From an uncultured Gemmatimonadaceae bacterium (GTDB lineage Bacteria > Gemmatimonadota > Gemmatimonadetes > Gemmatimonadales > Gemmatimonadaceae), in the NCBI GenBank assembly GCA_963790305.1, contig CAWBOC010000009.1, forward strand, positions 416,001 to 480,000: 64,000 nt of DNA, given 5' to 3'. A model generated the notes under the pieces. That model was not told the origin of the DNA. It saw only the letters and a program-made list of their open reading frames with translations, and searched no databases. The position numbers were made by a program, and so were the translations under genes. Shown here one piece after another: positions 35,340 to 44,517 of the stretch. The first letter of the stretch is position 1. Each line of letters begins with the position of its first letter.

Positions 35340-36711
35340 ATGTGGCTGGCGCCCTTTCTCTCGTACGTCGCGAACGCTGCGCTGCGCGTGTACTACCGGT
35401 TGCAGCGCGCCGGCGGCACCGTGCCGCAAAATGGCCCGGTGCTGCTCGTGGCGAATCACCCCAATTCGCTGCTGGACCCGGCAATGGTCGCGCTGGCCGC
35501 GCGTCGCCCGGTGCGATTCCTGGCGAAGGCGCCACTCTTCAAGGATCCACTGGTTGGCTTCCTCGTTCGCGGCGCGGGATCGATTCCCGTGTACCGCAAG
35601 TCCGACGATCCCTCGCAGGTTGGACGTAACGAGGAGATGTTCCGCGCCGTACACGAGGCCCTGGCAGCTGGGGCGGCCGTCGGAATCTTTCCAGAAGGGT
35701 TGAGCCACAGCGATCCGTCACTGGCCCCGCTCAAGACCGGCGCCGCGCGCATCGCGCTCGGAACGCTCGCCTCGCACGGTCGTCGCGTGCCCATCGTCCC
35801 CATTGGCTCCGTCTTCCGAAGCAAGAACATCTTCCGATCGGAAGCGCTCGTGACGGTTGGCCGGCCGGTCGCCTGGGACGATCTCTCCCCGGATGCCGGG
35901 AGTGAGGGTGAGGCGGTTCGCGAGCTGACGCAGCGCATCGACAAGGCGCTCCGCGACGTGACGGTGAATCTCGAGCGCTGGGAAGACGCGGCCCTCGTGG
36001 AATTGGCCGAGGCGATCTATGCCGCACAGTTCGGCAAGGCGACCGATGCCGCCGACTGGGTTTCGCGTCTTCGCACCACGACGGAAACGCTGACGCACCT
36101 TCGACAGGCCGGAGACGGATCCGTCCCCCTCGCCAGAGACATTCTCAGGACATGGGCGAATGCTTCAACGCCTCGGCCTTCGTCCGCAGGACCTGGTCGA
36201 TGACCCCAAGCGCCCAGGCGCGTTCTGGTGGCTGCTCCGTCGCCTCCCGCTCGGTGGTGTCATCCCCCTGGTGGTCCTGGCGGTGGGAACCCTCGTGTTC
36301 TTCGTGCCCTATCGCCTAACGGGCATTGTAGAGAAGCGTGCACGCCCGCGCGATGATGTGCGCGCCACGCACAAGCTGCTCGCCGGGGCGATCGTCTTTC
36401 CGCTCTGGATCGTTACGGCGTCACTGGTGGTCGGGGCGGCGGCGGGACCGCTCGCTGGCCTTCTGACGCTCGCCGCGCTTCCCGCCCTTGGCCTGTTCAC
36501 TCTCGGGCTGCACGAGCAATGGCGAGAGGCGGGCGTGGAAGCGGCGCGATACCTCACCCTGAAGCGCCGGCGCGAGATGATCGAGCCGCTCCGGGAGCAG
36601 CAGCGGGAGCTCGCGGCACGACTCAAGGCGGTTCTGGAGCAGCAACCTGGGCGCACGTCAGGGACGCGCCCGATGGCTCACGCCAGCGGTCTCCCACAGC
36701 GCGAGCAGTAG
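35340..36711 (+). CDS. Phospholipid/glycerol acyltransferase (PlsC-like); +1 frameshift near 36150
   Basis: NHPNSLLD (HxxxxD), FLAK, IFPEG, LKTGAAR. The C-terminal TM part is in another frame and joins as DILR-HGRMLQRLG. Confidence 0.8.
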
Positions 36712-36977
36712 CGCGCGGCGGGCTCCGGCCGCGGACCGCACACCGGGCACACTCGCAGCTGTGTGCGCGCCCGGCGGATCTCCGCCTCTACAACATCATC
36801 GGCCATGGTCTCGTGTGGTGCGGCGACGCGCGGATTGGGCGCGACGTCGTGACTCACCGATCGATCCCGCGTGCGCGACGAGGGCGTAGCCCGCCCTTCC
36901 CCGGCGGTGATGAGCGGCCACAACACGTACGTGAGCGCCGCGAGCGCCAGCACCGTGCCCACGATGAGCGCCGCCAC
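36678..36977 (-). CDS. Small membrane protein with C-terminal zinc ribbon
   Basis: GTG overlapping the ccmF-like stop; TM AALIVGTVLALAALTYVLWPL; CPVCG...YCSRCG. Confidence 0.65.
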   Translation of the reverse strand: MAALIVGTVLALAALTYVLWPLITAGEGRATPSSRTRDRSVSHDVAPNPRVAAPHETMADDVVEAEIRRARTQLRVCPVCGPRPEPAARYCSRCGRPLA

Positions 36978-38272
36978 TACGGACGGCTCCCAAGGATCGA
37001 CGGTGCCGGCCACATGACCGTCGTGCCTCCAATCGCGATCGCGATACCTCCAATCCACGCCCACACCATGAGCGGATGGAACGCGATGCGCAGGCTTAGT
37101 CGATCAGCGGTGATGCTGGTGAGCATCACGTAGATGTCCTGCAGTGGTGAATGGTCGATCCCGGCGTCGATGAAAGGCGCGAACGTCGGGATGCCGCGGC
37201 TGTCAACGTACTGACGCCGTTCGGTCACGATGAGCCCTACCGGAGTGCCATTGCGCGTGACTCGGAGCGGCACAGCTTCGACGGCGCGGTTGAGCTCCGG
37301 AAAGTCGGATACGCCCTGACTCGTGAACGTCCACTCGCGCCGATAGGGATCGACGAGCGAGACGGCCTCGCCCGGACCGAGGGAGGCGTTGCGCTCTTTG
37401 GTGAACGCGAATCCGACGCTCGCGATGAGCGAGAGAGCGACGCCTGCGTACAAAGCGTAACGGCCCGCGCGCGTGGTGCCGCGCTTCGCCTGACGCGTCG
37501 CGCGGGAGAGGAACGCCGTCGCGACGAGCCACGTCGCAAGCGACAACCCGGTCAGGGGCCAATCCCAGGATCGGCGGGGTCCGACGTACGCCCACCACAT
37601 GCCGGAGATGATCCCGATCGTCATGAAAAACCACGATACCGCGCCCCAGCGCCGCACCGCCAATATCCAGCTCTCATCGATCTGTCGCGCGAGGAGAGCC
37701 GCGATCGCGAACGCAAAGGGAATTGTCGTCGCGGCGAGACCGAGGGTGAGAGTAGGTGGGTGGAGCGCCATCGCCGGATGCTGGAGTTCCGGATTCATGC
37801 CGCGCCCTTCGACTGGAATGGGGACCACTCGCTCGTACGGATTCGCCTCGAAGCACACGGCCAGAAGCAGGAACAGCAGAACAATCGATAGCGTCCCCGC
37901 AACGTAGGGCGTGACCTCGCGATGCCGCGCGTGGCTCGCGACAGCAGCGATGACGGCGTACATCGACACGATGAGCGACCAGGACAGGAGCGCACCGGCC
38001 TGACCCGCCCACAGTGCCGTGACCTTGTAGCCGATGGGCAGATTCGCGCTCGTCACCGCGGCGACGTACTGAAAGGAAAAGTCGGACGTGACGAGCGCGA
38101 CGAGAAGTCCCGCGGTCGCCATCACGAGGCACGCGAAGGTCGCATAGAGTGCCCGTTCTCCACTGGCGACGAGCTCGGGGCGTCCCGCACTTCCACCGGC
38201 GAATGAGACGATGGCGCCCCAGGCCGCCATGAGGAGTGCGACCCAGAGCGCCAGCTCGCCAACGAGGGTCAC
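36977..38272 (-). CDS. Shortened, degenerate CcmF/NrfE-like heme lyase homolog
   Basis: N-terminal CcmF pattern (DFSFQYVA, WAGQAG, NPY, GRGMNPELQ, HPP, GMWWAY); the WGG-W-WD motif and following His are lost; only 431 aa. Confidence 0.7.
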   Translation of the reverse strand: MTLVGELALWVALLMAAWGAIVSFAGGSAGRPELVASGERALYATFACLVMATAGLLVALVTSDFSFQYVAAVTSANLPIGYKVTALWAGQAGALLSWSLIVSMYAVIAAVASHARHREVTPYVAGTLSIVLLFLLLAVCFEANPYERVVPIPVEGRGMNPELQHPAMALHPPTLTLGLAATTIPFAFAIAALLARQIDESWILAVRRWGAVSWFFMTIGIISGMWWAYVGPRRSWDWPLTGLSLATWLVATAFLSRATRQAKRGTTRAGRYALYAGVALSLIASVGFAFTKERNASLGPGEAVSLVDPYRREWTFTSQGVSDFPELNRAVEAVPLRVTRNGTPVGLIVTERRQYVDSRGIPTFAPFIDAGIDHSPLQDIYVMLTSITADRLSLRIAFHPLMVWAWIGGIAIAIGGTTVMWPAPSILGSRP

Positions 38273-38300
38273 GGGTTCGCGCCCGCGAGCGCTCGCGCGA

Positions 38301-38517
38301 TTACTGCGGCTTGTGTCCCCGAGACGCTTCGTCCCGCACGCGGGCCATGATCATTCTCGAGCTGCTGTTCGGCCTTCGCGCGTTCGTCGGGATCCCACGA
38401 CGCTGCGTGGCGGTTCAGCTCGCGAACCTGTTGCAGCATTTCATTGATGAGCGCACGCAACCCGAGCTGCGAGCGGCGGTCGTCCACCGATTGCTGGGTC
38501 TTCTGGTCGTCGCTCAC
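38301..38517 (-). CDS. Small helical hypothetical protein; probable +1 frameshift near 38355
   Basis: MSDDQK...WDPDERAKAEQQLE continues as MIMARVRDEASRGHKPQ* if one A is removed; GAGG RBS-like upstream. Confidence 0.45.
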
Positions 38518-38607
38518 GCGCGGGCTCCGCAGAGGAAAGGCGGTCTCAGCATCACGGGAGGAATATAGGGGTGACTCAAACGGGCGTGTAGAGCAATGCG
38601 CATCGTC

Positions 38608-38913
38608 TCAGCGGTGAGACTGCTCGAGCACCGCCGCGGCCGCCGCCGCTCCGAGCAGATCCCAAACGAGATCACGACCGTCGAATCGGCCCCCCGAGCG
38701 CGCGTCATGGACCTCTTTGGCGACCCCGACCGCCACGGTGGCGGCGCCGGCGGTCACGAGGGCCCCATCATGCTCGACACCGCTGAGGCGCAGCGCCGAG
38801 TACGAGGCGCTCTGAATGAACGCCGAGAGGAAGAAATGCTTCACCTTGTCCGGGGCGACGCTCCACCGCGGCGGGGCATGCAATGACAGGGCGAACGCAA
38901 GCACCACTCCCAT
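38608..38913 (-). CDS. Small membrane protein, YfiM/DUF2279-like
   Basis: DKVKHF and GVAKEVHD...DLVWD motifs. Confidence 0.6.
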   Translation of the reverse strand: MGVVLAFALSLHAPPRWSVAPDKVKHFFLSAFIQSASYSALRLSGVEHDGALVTAGAATVAVGVAKEVHDARSGGRFDGRDLVWDLLGAAAAAAVLEQSHR

Positions 38914-38934
38914 AGTGCGCCTCCAGCCGTATCG

Positions 38935-39588
38935 TTAGGCGGTTTGCCGGGTCGCGGCGCCTGCTCGGCCGACGCCGAGCCTGGAAAACGCGACGCGAAG
39001 GTGCTCCAGCGAACGGTCGAGGAGCGCGCGGTTCGCGGGCAGGTTGACCCAGCTGCTCGCGCCTGAGGGGTGCGGCAGCGGAATCAGCTCGACCTGGCGT
39101 CCCCGCACGCGCGCCGTGTGCACGCGCCCTACCACCCGGTCCAGTGGCTCGTTTTCGAGAAACCGATCGATGGCGAGCCGGCCTACTGGAATGATCAGCG
39201 CCGGGCGGATGAGGTCGAGCTCCGCCTCGAGCCAGGGCGCGCAGTGGGCTTGCTCCTCGGGCGACGGAACGCGGTCCCCTCGGCCTGACGGGCTGGGACC
39301 GGGATAGCACCTCGTGATCGCCGCGATGTAGACGTCGCGCCGAAACGAAGGCTCATCGAGGCCCGCGCGCTCCAGCCACCGGAAGAGCGTTCGCCCTGCC
39401 CGACCGGCGAACGCGCGCCGATCCTCGATCTCGCTTTTTCCGGGGGCCTGCCCAACGAGCATCACACGCGGCCGCCGCGCCTCCGAAATGATCGGGAGCA
39501 CGCGATCATCGCTGTGCGCGCAACGCCGACAGGCTCCTAACGACTGTCGATGCGCGTCGAGCAGCGTCGGTAGCGTGCGGGCGGTCAT
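38935..39588 (-). CDS. Uracil-DNA glycosylase superfamily protein
   Basis: CRRC, LVGQAPG, RCYPG, LPHPSG; start MTARTL overlaps the glpK stop. Confidence 0.88.
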   Translation of the reverse strand: MTARTLPTLLDAHRQSLGACRRCAHSDDRVLPIISEARRPRVMLVGQAPGKSEIEDRRAFAGRAGRTLFRWLERAGLDEPSFRRDVYIAAITRCYPGPSPSGRGDRVPSPEEQAHCAPWLEAELDLIRPALIIPVGRLAIDRFLENEPLDRVVGRVHTARVRGRQVELIPLPHPSGASSWVNLPANRALLDRSLEHLRVAFSRLGVGRAGAATRQTA

Positions 39589-41084
39589 GATCCGTCGCGC
39601 GCCCAGGAGAGCGCCGCGCGAACCGCGCGCGCCCAGCCCGCGGCTCCCGCGCGTGCGGCCTCGCGCCCAGCGCCCGGCTCGAATCGCGTGAACTGCCTGG
39701 TCGCCTGGAACGCGTCCACGTTCGGCCAGATCCCGGCGGCGAGTCCGGCGAGTCCGGCGGCGCCAAGTGCCGTCGTTTCGATCTGCGCAGGACGCTCCAC
39801 CGGTACCCCCAACACGTCTGACTGAAATTGCATGAGCCAATCGTTCTCGGTCGCGCCGCCATCGACACGAAGCGGGGCATCCTGCCCAGCCGCGAATCCT
39901 CCGGCTCCACGTCCGGCGCGTGCACGCATGACCTCGAGGACTTCGGCAGTGGAGTAGGCCATGGCCTCGAGCGCTGCGCGAACGAGATGTGCGCTGGTGG
40001 ATCCACGCGTCAGACCGACAATCGTTCCACGCGCGCGCGGCTCCCAGTGGGGCGCTCCCATCCCCACCAGCGCCGGAACGAAGTACACGCCATCCGTGGA
40101 CGAGATCCCGCGCGCAAGGTCCTCACTCTCGGCCGCCGTGGTCAGAAGACCCAGGCCGTCCCGCAGCCATTGGATCGCGGCGCCGGCAATGAAAATGGCT
40201 GCCTCGAGCGCGTATGCGGGCCGTCCCATCGCATCGCACGCAATCGTCGTGAGCAGGCCGCCACCGCCCTCGGCGCGCTGTGCGCCTGTGTTGAGCAGGA
40301 GAAATGCGCCCGTTCCATAGGTGTTCTTGCTCGTTCCCGGAGAGTGACATCCCTGTCCGAAGAGCGCGGCCTGCTGATCGCCGGCGACACCCATGATCGG
40401 AATCGGCTTGCCGAGAAAGGCGGCGTCCGCGATGCCGAACTCTCCGCTGGAGGATCGGACTCCCGGAAGCAGCGCCCTTGGAACGTGCAGGAGCTCGCAG
40501 AGCTCATCGCTCCAGCCGCGGGTATTGATGTCATAGAGCATCGTGCGCGACGCGTTGGTCGGGTCCGTTGCATGCACCGCGCCGCGCGTGAGCGACCAGA
40601 TCAGCCAGCTGTCGACCGTCCCCGCAGCAAGCTCGCCACGCATGGCGCGACGACGCACCGACTCATCGCGCAGCATCCACTCGAGCTTGGTTCCGGAGAA
40701 ATAGGGATCGGTGACGAGTCCGGTGAGCCGCGCGATCCGATCGGCTTCTGGTGCGAGCTCGAGGCAGCGTTCCGCGGTGCGGCGGTCCTGCCAGACGATC
40801 GCGCGACCGACCGGCTCGCCGGTCTTTCGCTCCCAGAGCACGATGGTTTCGCGCTGATTCGTGATCCCGATGGCGTCCGGTGTCGTGCGCGCCTGCGCGA
40901 TCGCCTCACGAGCGGCCTCGATGGTGCGATCGAGCAGATCGCGCGGGTCATGTTCCACCCATCCCGGCTGCGGGTAATGCTGCGGGATCTCCCGGTAGCC
41001 GCGACCCATGATACGCCCATCCTCGGAGACGACGAGGCAGGTCGAGCCGGTGGTGCCCTGGTCGATGGCGAGGATGGACGACAT
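39585..41084 (-). CDS. glpK: Glycerol kinase
   Basis: IDQGTTG, ITNQRET, WQDRRT, GDQQAALFG, KNTYGTG, RVDGG. Confidence 0.96.
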   Translation of the reverse strand: MSSILAIDQGTTGSTCLVVSEDGRIMGRGYREIPQHYPQPGWVEHDPRDLLDRTIEAAREAIAQARTTPDAIGITNQRETIVLWERKTGEPVGRAIVWQDRRTAERCLELAPEADRIARLTGLVTDPYFSGTKLEWMLRDESVRRRAMRGELAAGTVDSWLIWSLTRGAVHATDPTNASRTMLYDINTRGWSDELCELLHVPRALLPGVRSSSGEFGIADAAFLGKPIPIMGVAGDQQAALFGQGCHSPGTSKNTYGTGAFLLLNTGAQRAEGGGGLLTTIACDAMGRPAYALEAAIFIAGAAIQWLRDGLGLLTTAAESEDLARGISSTDGVYFVPALVGMGAPHWEPRARGTIVGLTRGSTSAHLVRAALEAMAYSTAEVLEVMRARAGRGAGGFAAGQDAPLRVDGGATENDWLMQFQSDVLGVPVERPAQIETTALGAAGLAGLAAGIWPNVDAFQATRQFTRFEPGAGREAARAGAAGWARAVRAALSWARDGS

Positions 41085-41090
41085 CAGGCG

Positions 41091-42200
41091 CTAGGTTATC
41101 GAGGTCGTCGAGGTCGTCGAGGTAATCGAAGTGCCTTCACCTTGATCACCTCGATGACCTCGATGACCTCGACCACCTTTGAAATCGAAGGGCCGCCGAA
41201 AGACGCCCGCATCCGTGACAATTGCCGTCACCATCTCCGCTGGCGTCACATCGAACGCGGGGTTGTCGATGTCCGCGTCCGGCGGCGTCAGGCGCGCCTC
41301 CCCGAGATAGGCGAGCTCGTCGCGAGCACGACGCTCGATGGGAATGGCATCCCCATGCGGCAGCAGGGGGTCGAGCGTCGACGTCGGCGCGGCGACGTAA
41401 AAGGGGAGCCCGTGGTGCTGCGCCGCCAGCGCGGCGGCGTACGTGCCGATCTTGTTCGCGACATCACCGTTGGCGGCGATACGATCCGCACCGACAATGC
41501 AGAGGTCGATCGCGCCAGCCCGCATGAGGCTCGCCGCGGCGCCGTCGGCGATGACCGTGACCGGAATTCCTGCGCGCGAAAGCTCCCACGCGGTCAGACG
41601 GCTGCCCTGCAACAACGGGCGCGTCTCATCGACGAACACCCGGACCCGACGTCCGGCCTCGTGCGCGAGGTAGATGGGCGCGAGCGCGGTTCCAATGCCC
41701 CCAGTCGCGAGCGCGCCGGCATTGCAGTGCGTGAGAATGGCTGCTCCCTCGGTGATCAGTGGAAGGGCGTTCTCCCCGATTCGCCGGCACATCGCACGAT
41801 CTTCCTCGAGCAGATCGGTCGCTTCGGCACGCAGGGCGTCGAGCAAATCCGACGCGTCACCGAGCTCCTGCTCCGCGCGCGCGAGCATGCGATCGAGGGC
41901 GCTCGGAAGATTGACGGCCGTAGGGCGTGTCGCCCGAATCCGCGTGGCGTGCGCGAGCAGACGCGCGTCGAACGTCTCACGTGGCTCACGTACGAATGTG
42001 GTGAGCGATGCAGCAAGGCCCATCGCTCCCGCGATACCGATCGCCGGCGCGCCGCGGACCGCCAGCCGGGCGATGGCGTCGCACACCTCATCGATCGAGC
42101 GGAGATCGCGCTCGACGAGCCGTGCGGGAAGTTGTGTCTGGTCGATGATTCGCACTGCGTCGCCGTCGGGCGACCAGCGGACAGACTTGATAATGCTCAT
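41091..42200 (-). CDS. mtnA: S-methyl-5-thioribose-1-phosphate isomerase (C-terminal tail derived from a repeat)
   Basis: VRGAPAIG, RPTAVNL, THCNAGALA, ETRPLLQGSRLT, GDVANKIG, NPAFDVTP. Confidence 0.95.
   Translation of the reverse strand: MSIIKSVRWSPDGDAVRIIDQTQLPARLVERDLRSIDEVCDAIARLAVRGAPAIGIAGAMGLAASLTTFVREPRETFDARLLAHATRIRATRPTAVNLPSALDRMLARAEQELGDASDLLDALRAEATDLLEEDRAMCRRIGENALPLITEGAAILTHCNAGALATGGIGTALAPIYLAHEAGRRVRVFVDETRPLLQGSRLTAWELSRAGIPVTVIADGAAASLMRAGAIDLCIVGADRIAANGDVANKIGTYAAALAAQHHGLPFYVAAPTSTLDPLLPHGDAIPIERRARDELAYLGEARLTPPDADIDNPAFDVTPAEMVTAIVTDAGVFRRPFDFKGGRGHRGHRGDQGEGTSITSTTSTTSIT
41095..41178. repeat. Inverted array of 9-mer repeats (GAGGTCGTC)n/(CTCGATGAC)n overlapping the mtnA 3' end; same family as 5611-5700
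   Basis: gaggtcgtc gaggtcgtc gaggtaatc ... cttgatcac ctcgatgac ctcgatgac ctcgaccac. Confidence 0.78.
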
Positions 42201-42235
42201 GGCCAGGGAACGTAGCACGCTCCCTGCCGCAGAGG

Positions 42236-43279
42236 CTACGCCGCCACCGCGGTCTCCACCGGCTTCGGGCGCGTCTTGCGACGCCGCTCCGGGAAGTGCC
42301 GGTCGAGGAAGTGCAGCAATGCGCGCTCCTCCGGGTGATGCCGCGCAACGCCCTGCTGCGGGGCGACGCGCGCGAGTCCGCGCGCGATGGTATCCCCGGC
42401 ATCGAGGTAGCGCGCGATCACGATGGGGTGTACGTACGACTTGCGACACACGGCCGGTGTATTGCCAAGCTCGGCGGCCACCATCCGCACCGCCATGACG
42501 ACGTTGCGCTTCGCTTCGCGCTCGCTGTCCGCCGGGCCGAGCTCGGCCAATACCGTCGCGAGCCGCAGCGTACCACCCCAGGTGCGAAAATCCTTCGCCG
42601 TGTACCGAACGCCGAGGTTTTTTCGCAGGTAATGGTTGACGTCGCGGGCGTCGAGGTCGTACCACGTCTCCCGGTCACGGTATCGGAAGAGGCGGCGTCC
42701 CGGCGCTTCCAGCAGGCGGGCGACGAACGCGGCGAGCTCGGCGTCGACGACGACCTGCCTGTGCTCGATCCCACGCTTGCCACGGTACTCGAAGATCAGG
42801 CAGGGACCATCGACACGCACGTGGGACTTGTGGAGCGTCGAGATCCCGAACGTCCGGTTTTCCTTGAGATAGCGCTCACTCCCAACGCGAAAGAACCCAT
42901 CGCCGATGAGCCGCACGATTGCCGCGAGCACGTGCTCTCGGCAGAAGTCATCACGGCAGAAATCGCGATGGAGCGACTCCCGGATCCGCGGGAGATCGCG
43001 CGCGAGCGCGCGAACGCGGAAGAACTTGGCCGTCTCACTGCGCTTGATCGCGCGCTGATGGTAGCGGTATTGCTTGCGCCCTTTGGTGTCGATGCCCCAG
43101 GCCTGGATCGCCGCTCGCTCGCTGAGGGCGATGTGCACCGAGTTCCAGCCGGGCGGGATCCGGAGCGCGTCAATCCGCTCGAGCGCGCGTGCGTCCCGCA
43201 CGGCCCGCCCGTTCGGATCCCGGTACTGAAAGGTCGTGCGCTTCGAGCCGTGTCTTGTGATCCATCGCGGCATTGGCAC
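42236..43279 (-). CDS. DNA topoisomerase IB (bacterial/poxvirus-like)
   Basis: IPPGW, GRKQYRYH, FRVGSERY, FEYRGK, KDFRTW, LGNTPAVCRKSYVHP (catalytic Tyr). Confidence 0.92.
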   Translation of the reverse strand: MPMPRWITRHGSKRTTFQYRDPNGRAVRDARALERIDALRIPPGWNSVHIALSERAAIQAWGIDTKGRKQYRYHQRAIKRSETAKFFRVRALARDLPRIRESLHRDFCRDDFCREHVLAAIVRLIGDGFFRVGSERYLKENRTFGISTLHKSHVRVDGPCLIFEYRGKRGIEHRQVVVDAELAAFVARLLEAPGRRLFRYRDRETWYDLDARDVNHYLRKNLGVRYTAKDFRTWGGTLRLATVLAELGPADSEREAKRNVVMAVRMVAAELGNTPAVCRKSYVHPIVIARYLDAGDTIARGLARVAPQQGVARHHPEERALLHFLDRHFPERRRKTRPKPVETAVAA

Positions 43280-43354
43280 GTTCCGGCGGAAAGCAAAAAG
43301 GGGTCCGGCACATTAGATTCTGGACGACCCCACCGTCCCTACCCGAGACGACGA

Positions 43355-44137
43355 ATGCCCTTCCAGAACATAACGTTAGACGTCAGCGACCGGGTGGCGA
43401 CGCTGACCGTGAACCGGCCTGATAAACTCAACGCCCTCAACGATTTAACTGTCAGCGAGCTTGGGCAGGCAGTGGACGAGATCCGGTCCCGCGCCGACGT
43501 GGGCGGAGCCATCCTTACCGGGGCGGGAAACAAGGCCTTCGTCGCGGGCGCCGACATCGCGGAGCTGGCCAAACAGGGCCCCAGTGAGGGGCGGGAGCGG
43601 GCCCGTCGCGGCCAGGACGTTCTCCGGCGGTTCGAGACCTCACCCAAGCCCATCATCGCCGCGATCAACGGCTTCGCCCTGGGCGGGGGCTGTGAGCTCG
43701 CCATGGCGTGTCACGTTCGCATCGCCGCTGAGGGCGCCAGGTTTGGCCAGCCAGAGGTGAAGCTCGGCATAGGACCGGGCTACGGCGGCTCCCAACGGCT
43801 TCCCCGGCTCGTCGGACAGGGCCGCGCCCTGGAGCTCATCCTCACCGCCGAGATGATCAGCGCTCAGGAGGCGTACCGAATCGGCCTCGTAAACGCCGTC
43901 GTTCCCGCAGCGGACCTGATGGCGCACGCCCACGCCATGCTCAGGAAGATGCTCGCCAACGGCCCCGTCGCGATCGCCATGTCGATCGAAGCGGTGGTGC
44001 GCGGGATGGAGCTTCCACTCGACGACGCGTTGCGCCTCGAAGCCGATCAGTTCGGCCTGCTCGCCGCCACCGAGGACATGCGCGAAGGGATGCGCGCATT
44101 CCTCGAGAAACGTCCGCCCAACTTCATCGGACGGTGA
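43355..44137 (+). CDS. Enoyl-CoA hydratase/crotonase
   Basis: NRPDKLNAL, AFVAGADI, ALGGGCELA, FGQPEVKLG. Confidence 0.93.
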   Translation: MPFQNITLDVSDRVATLTVNRPDKLNALNDLTVSELGQAVDEIRSRADVGGAILTGAGNKAFVAGADIAELAKQGPSEGRERARRGQDVLRRFETSPKPIIAAINGFALGGGCELAMACHVRIAAEGARFGQPEVKLGIGPGYGGSQRLPRLVGQGRALELILTAEMISAQEAYRIGLVNAVVPAADLMAHAHAMLRKMLANGPVAIAMSIEAVVRGMELPLDDALRLEADQFGLLAATEDMREGMRAFLEKRPPNFIGR

Positions 44138-44517
44138 GGCCGCTCCGGTCGGTGTGGCTGGCGCCAGCGCTCCTCGCGTCGTTAGGCGCCTGTTACGCCG
44201 AGCGGGAGCGCCTCGACACGCCCGTCGTCGAGCTCCTGCTCGACGCCCGTGAGGTCGCCGCCGGCGATTCGATTCGCGGCACGCTCGAGGCACGGGACGC
44301 GAGTGGCATCGTGGACTGGGTGATCATTGCCCGGAGCGCGTTCGACACCGTTCGAGTATTCGGCGACGCGCCGGAGCTCGGCCACATCGCGGCGGAATTC
44401 GGCCTGCCTGTCGTCGACACGATTCCTCCCGGGACGCGAGTGGTGGTGGAAGCGATCGTCGAGGACGATCAGAATTTCGCCATCGCGCGCGCCGACACGG
44501 TCACGGTCGTCCCGTGA
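44134..44517 (+). CDS. Putative lipoprotein
   Basis: Lipobox-like LLASLGAC; overlaps both neighbours by 4 nt. Confidence 0.6.
   Translation: MRPLRSVWLAPALLASLGACYAERERLDTPVVELLLDAREVAAGDSIRGTLEARDASGIVDWVIIARSAFDTVRVFGDAPELGHIAAEFGLPVVDTIPPGTRVVVEAIVEDDQNFAIARADTVTVVP

Noticed and set aside
39828..42215. Long antisense ORFs (e.g. 39828..42215, 57028..59019, 11213..12916, 2666..4174)
   Set aside because: They lie opposite well-supported genes, have no recognisable motifs, and are expected in high-GC DNA.
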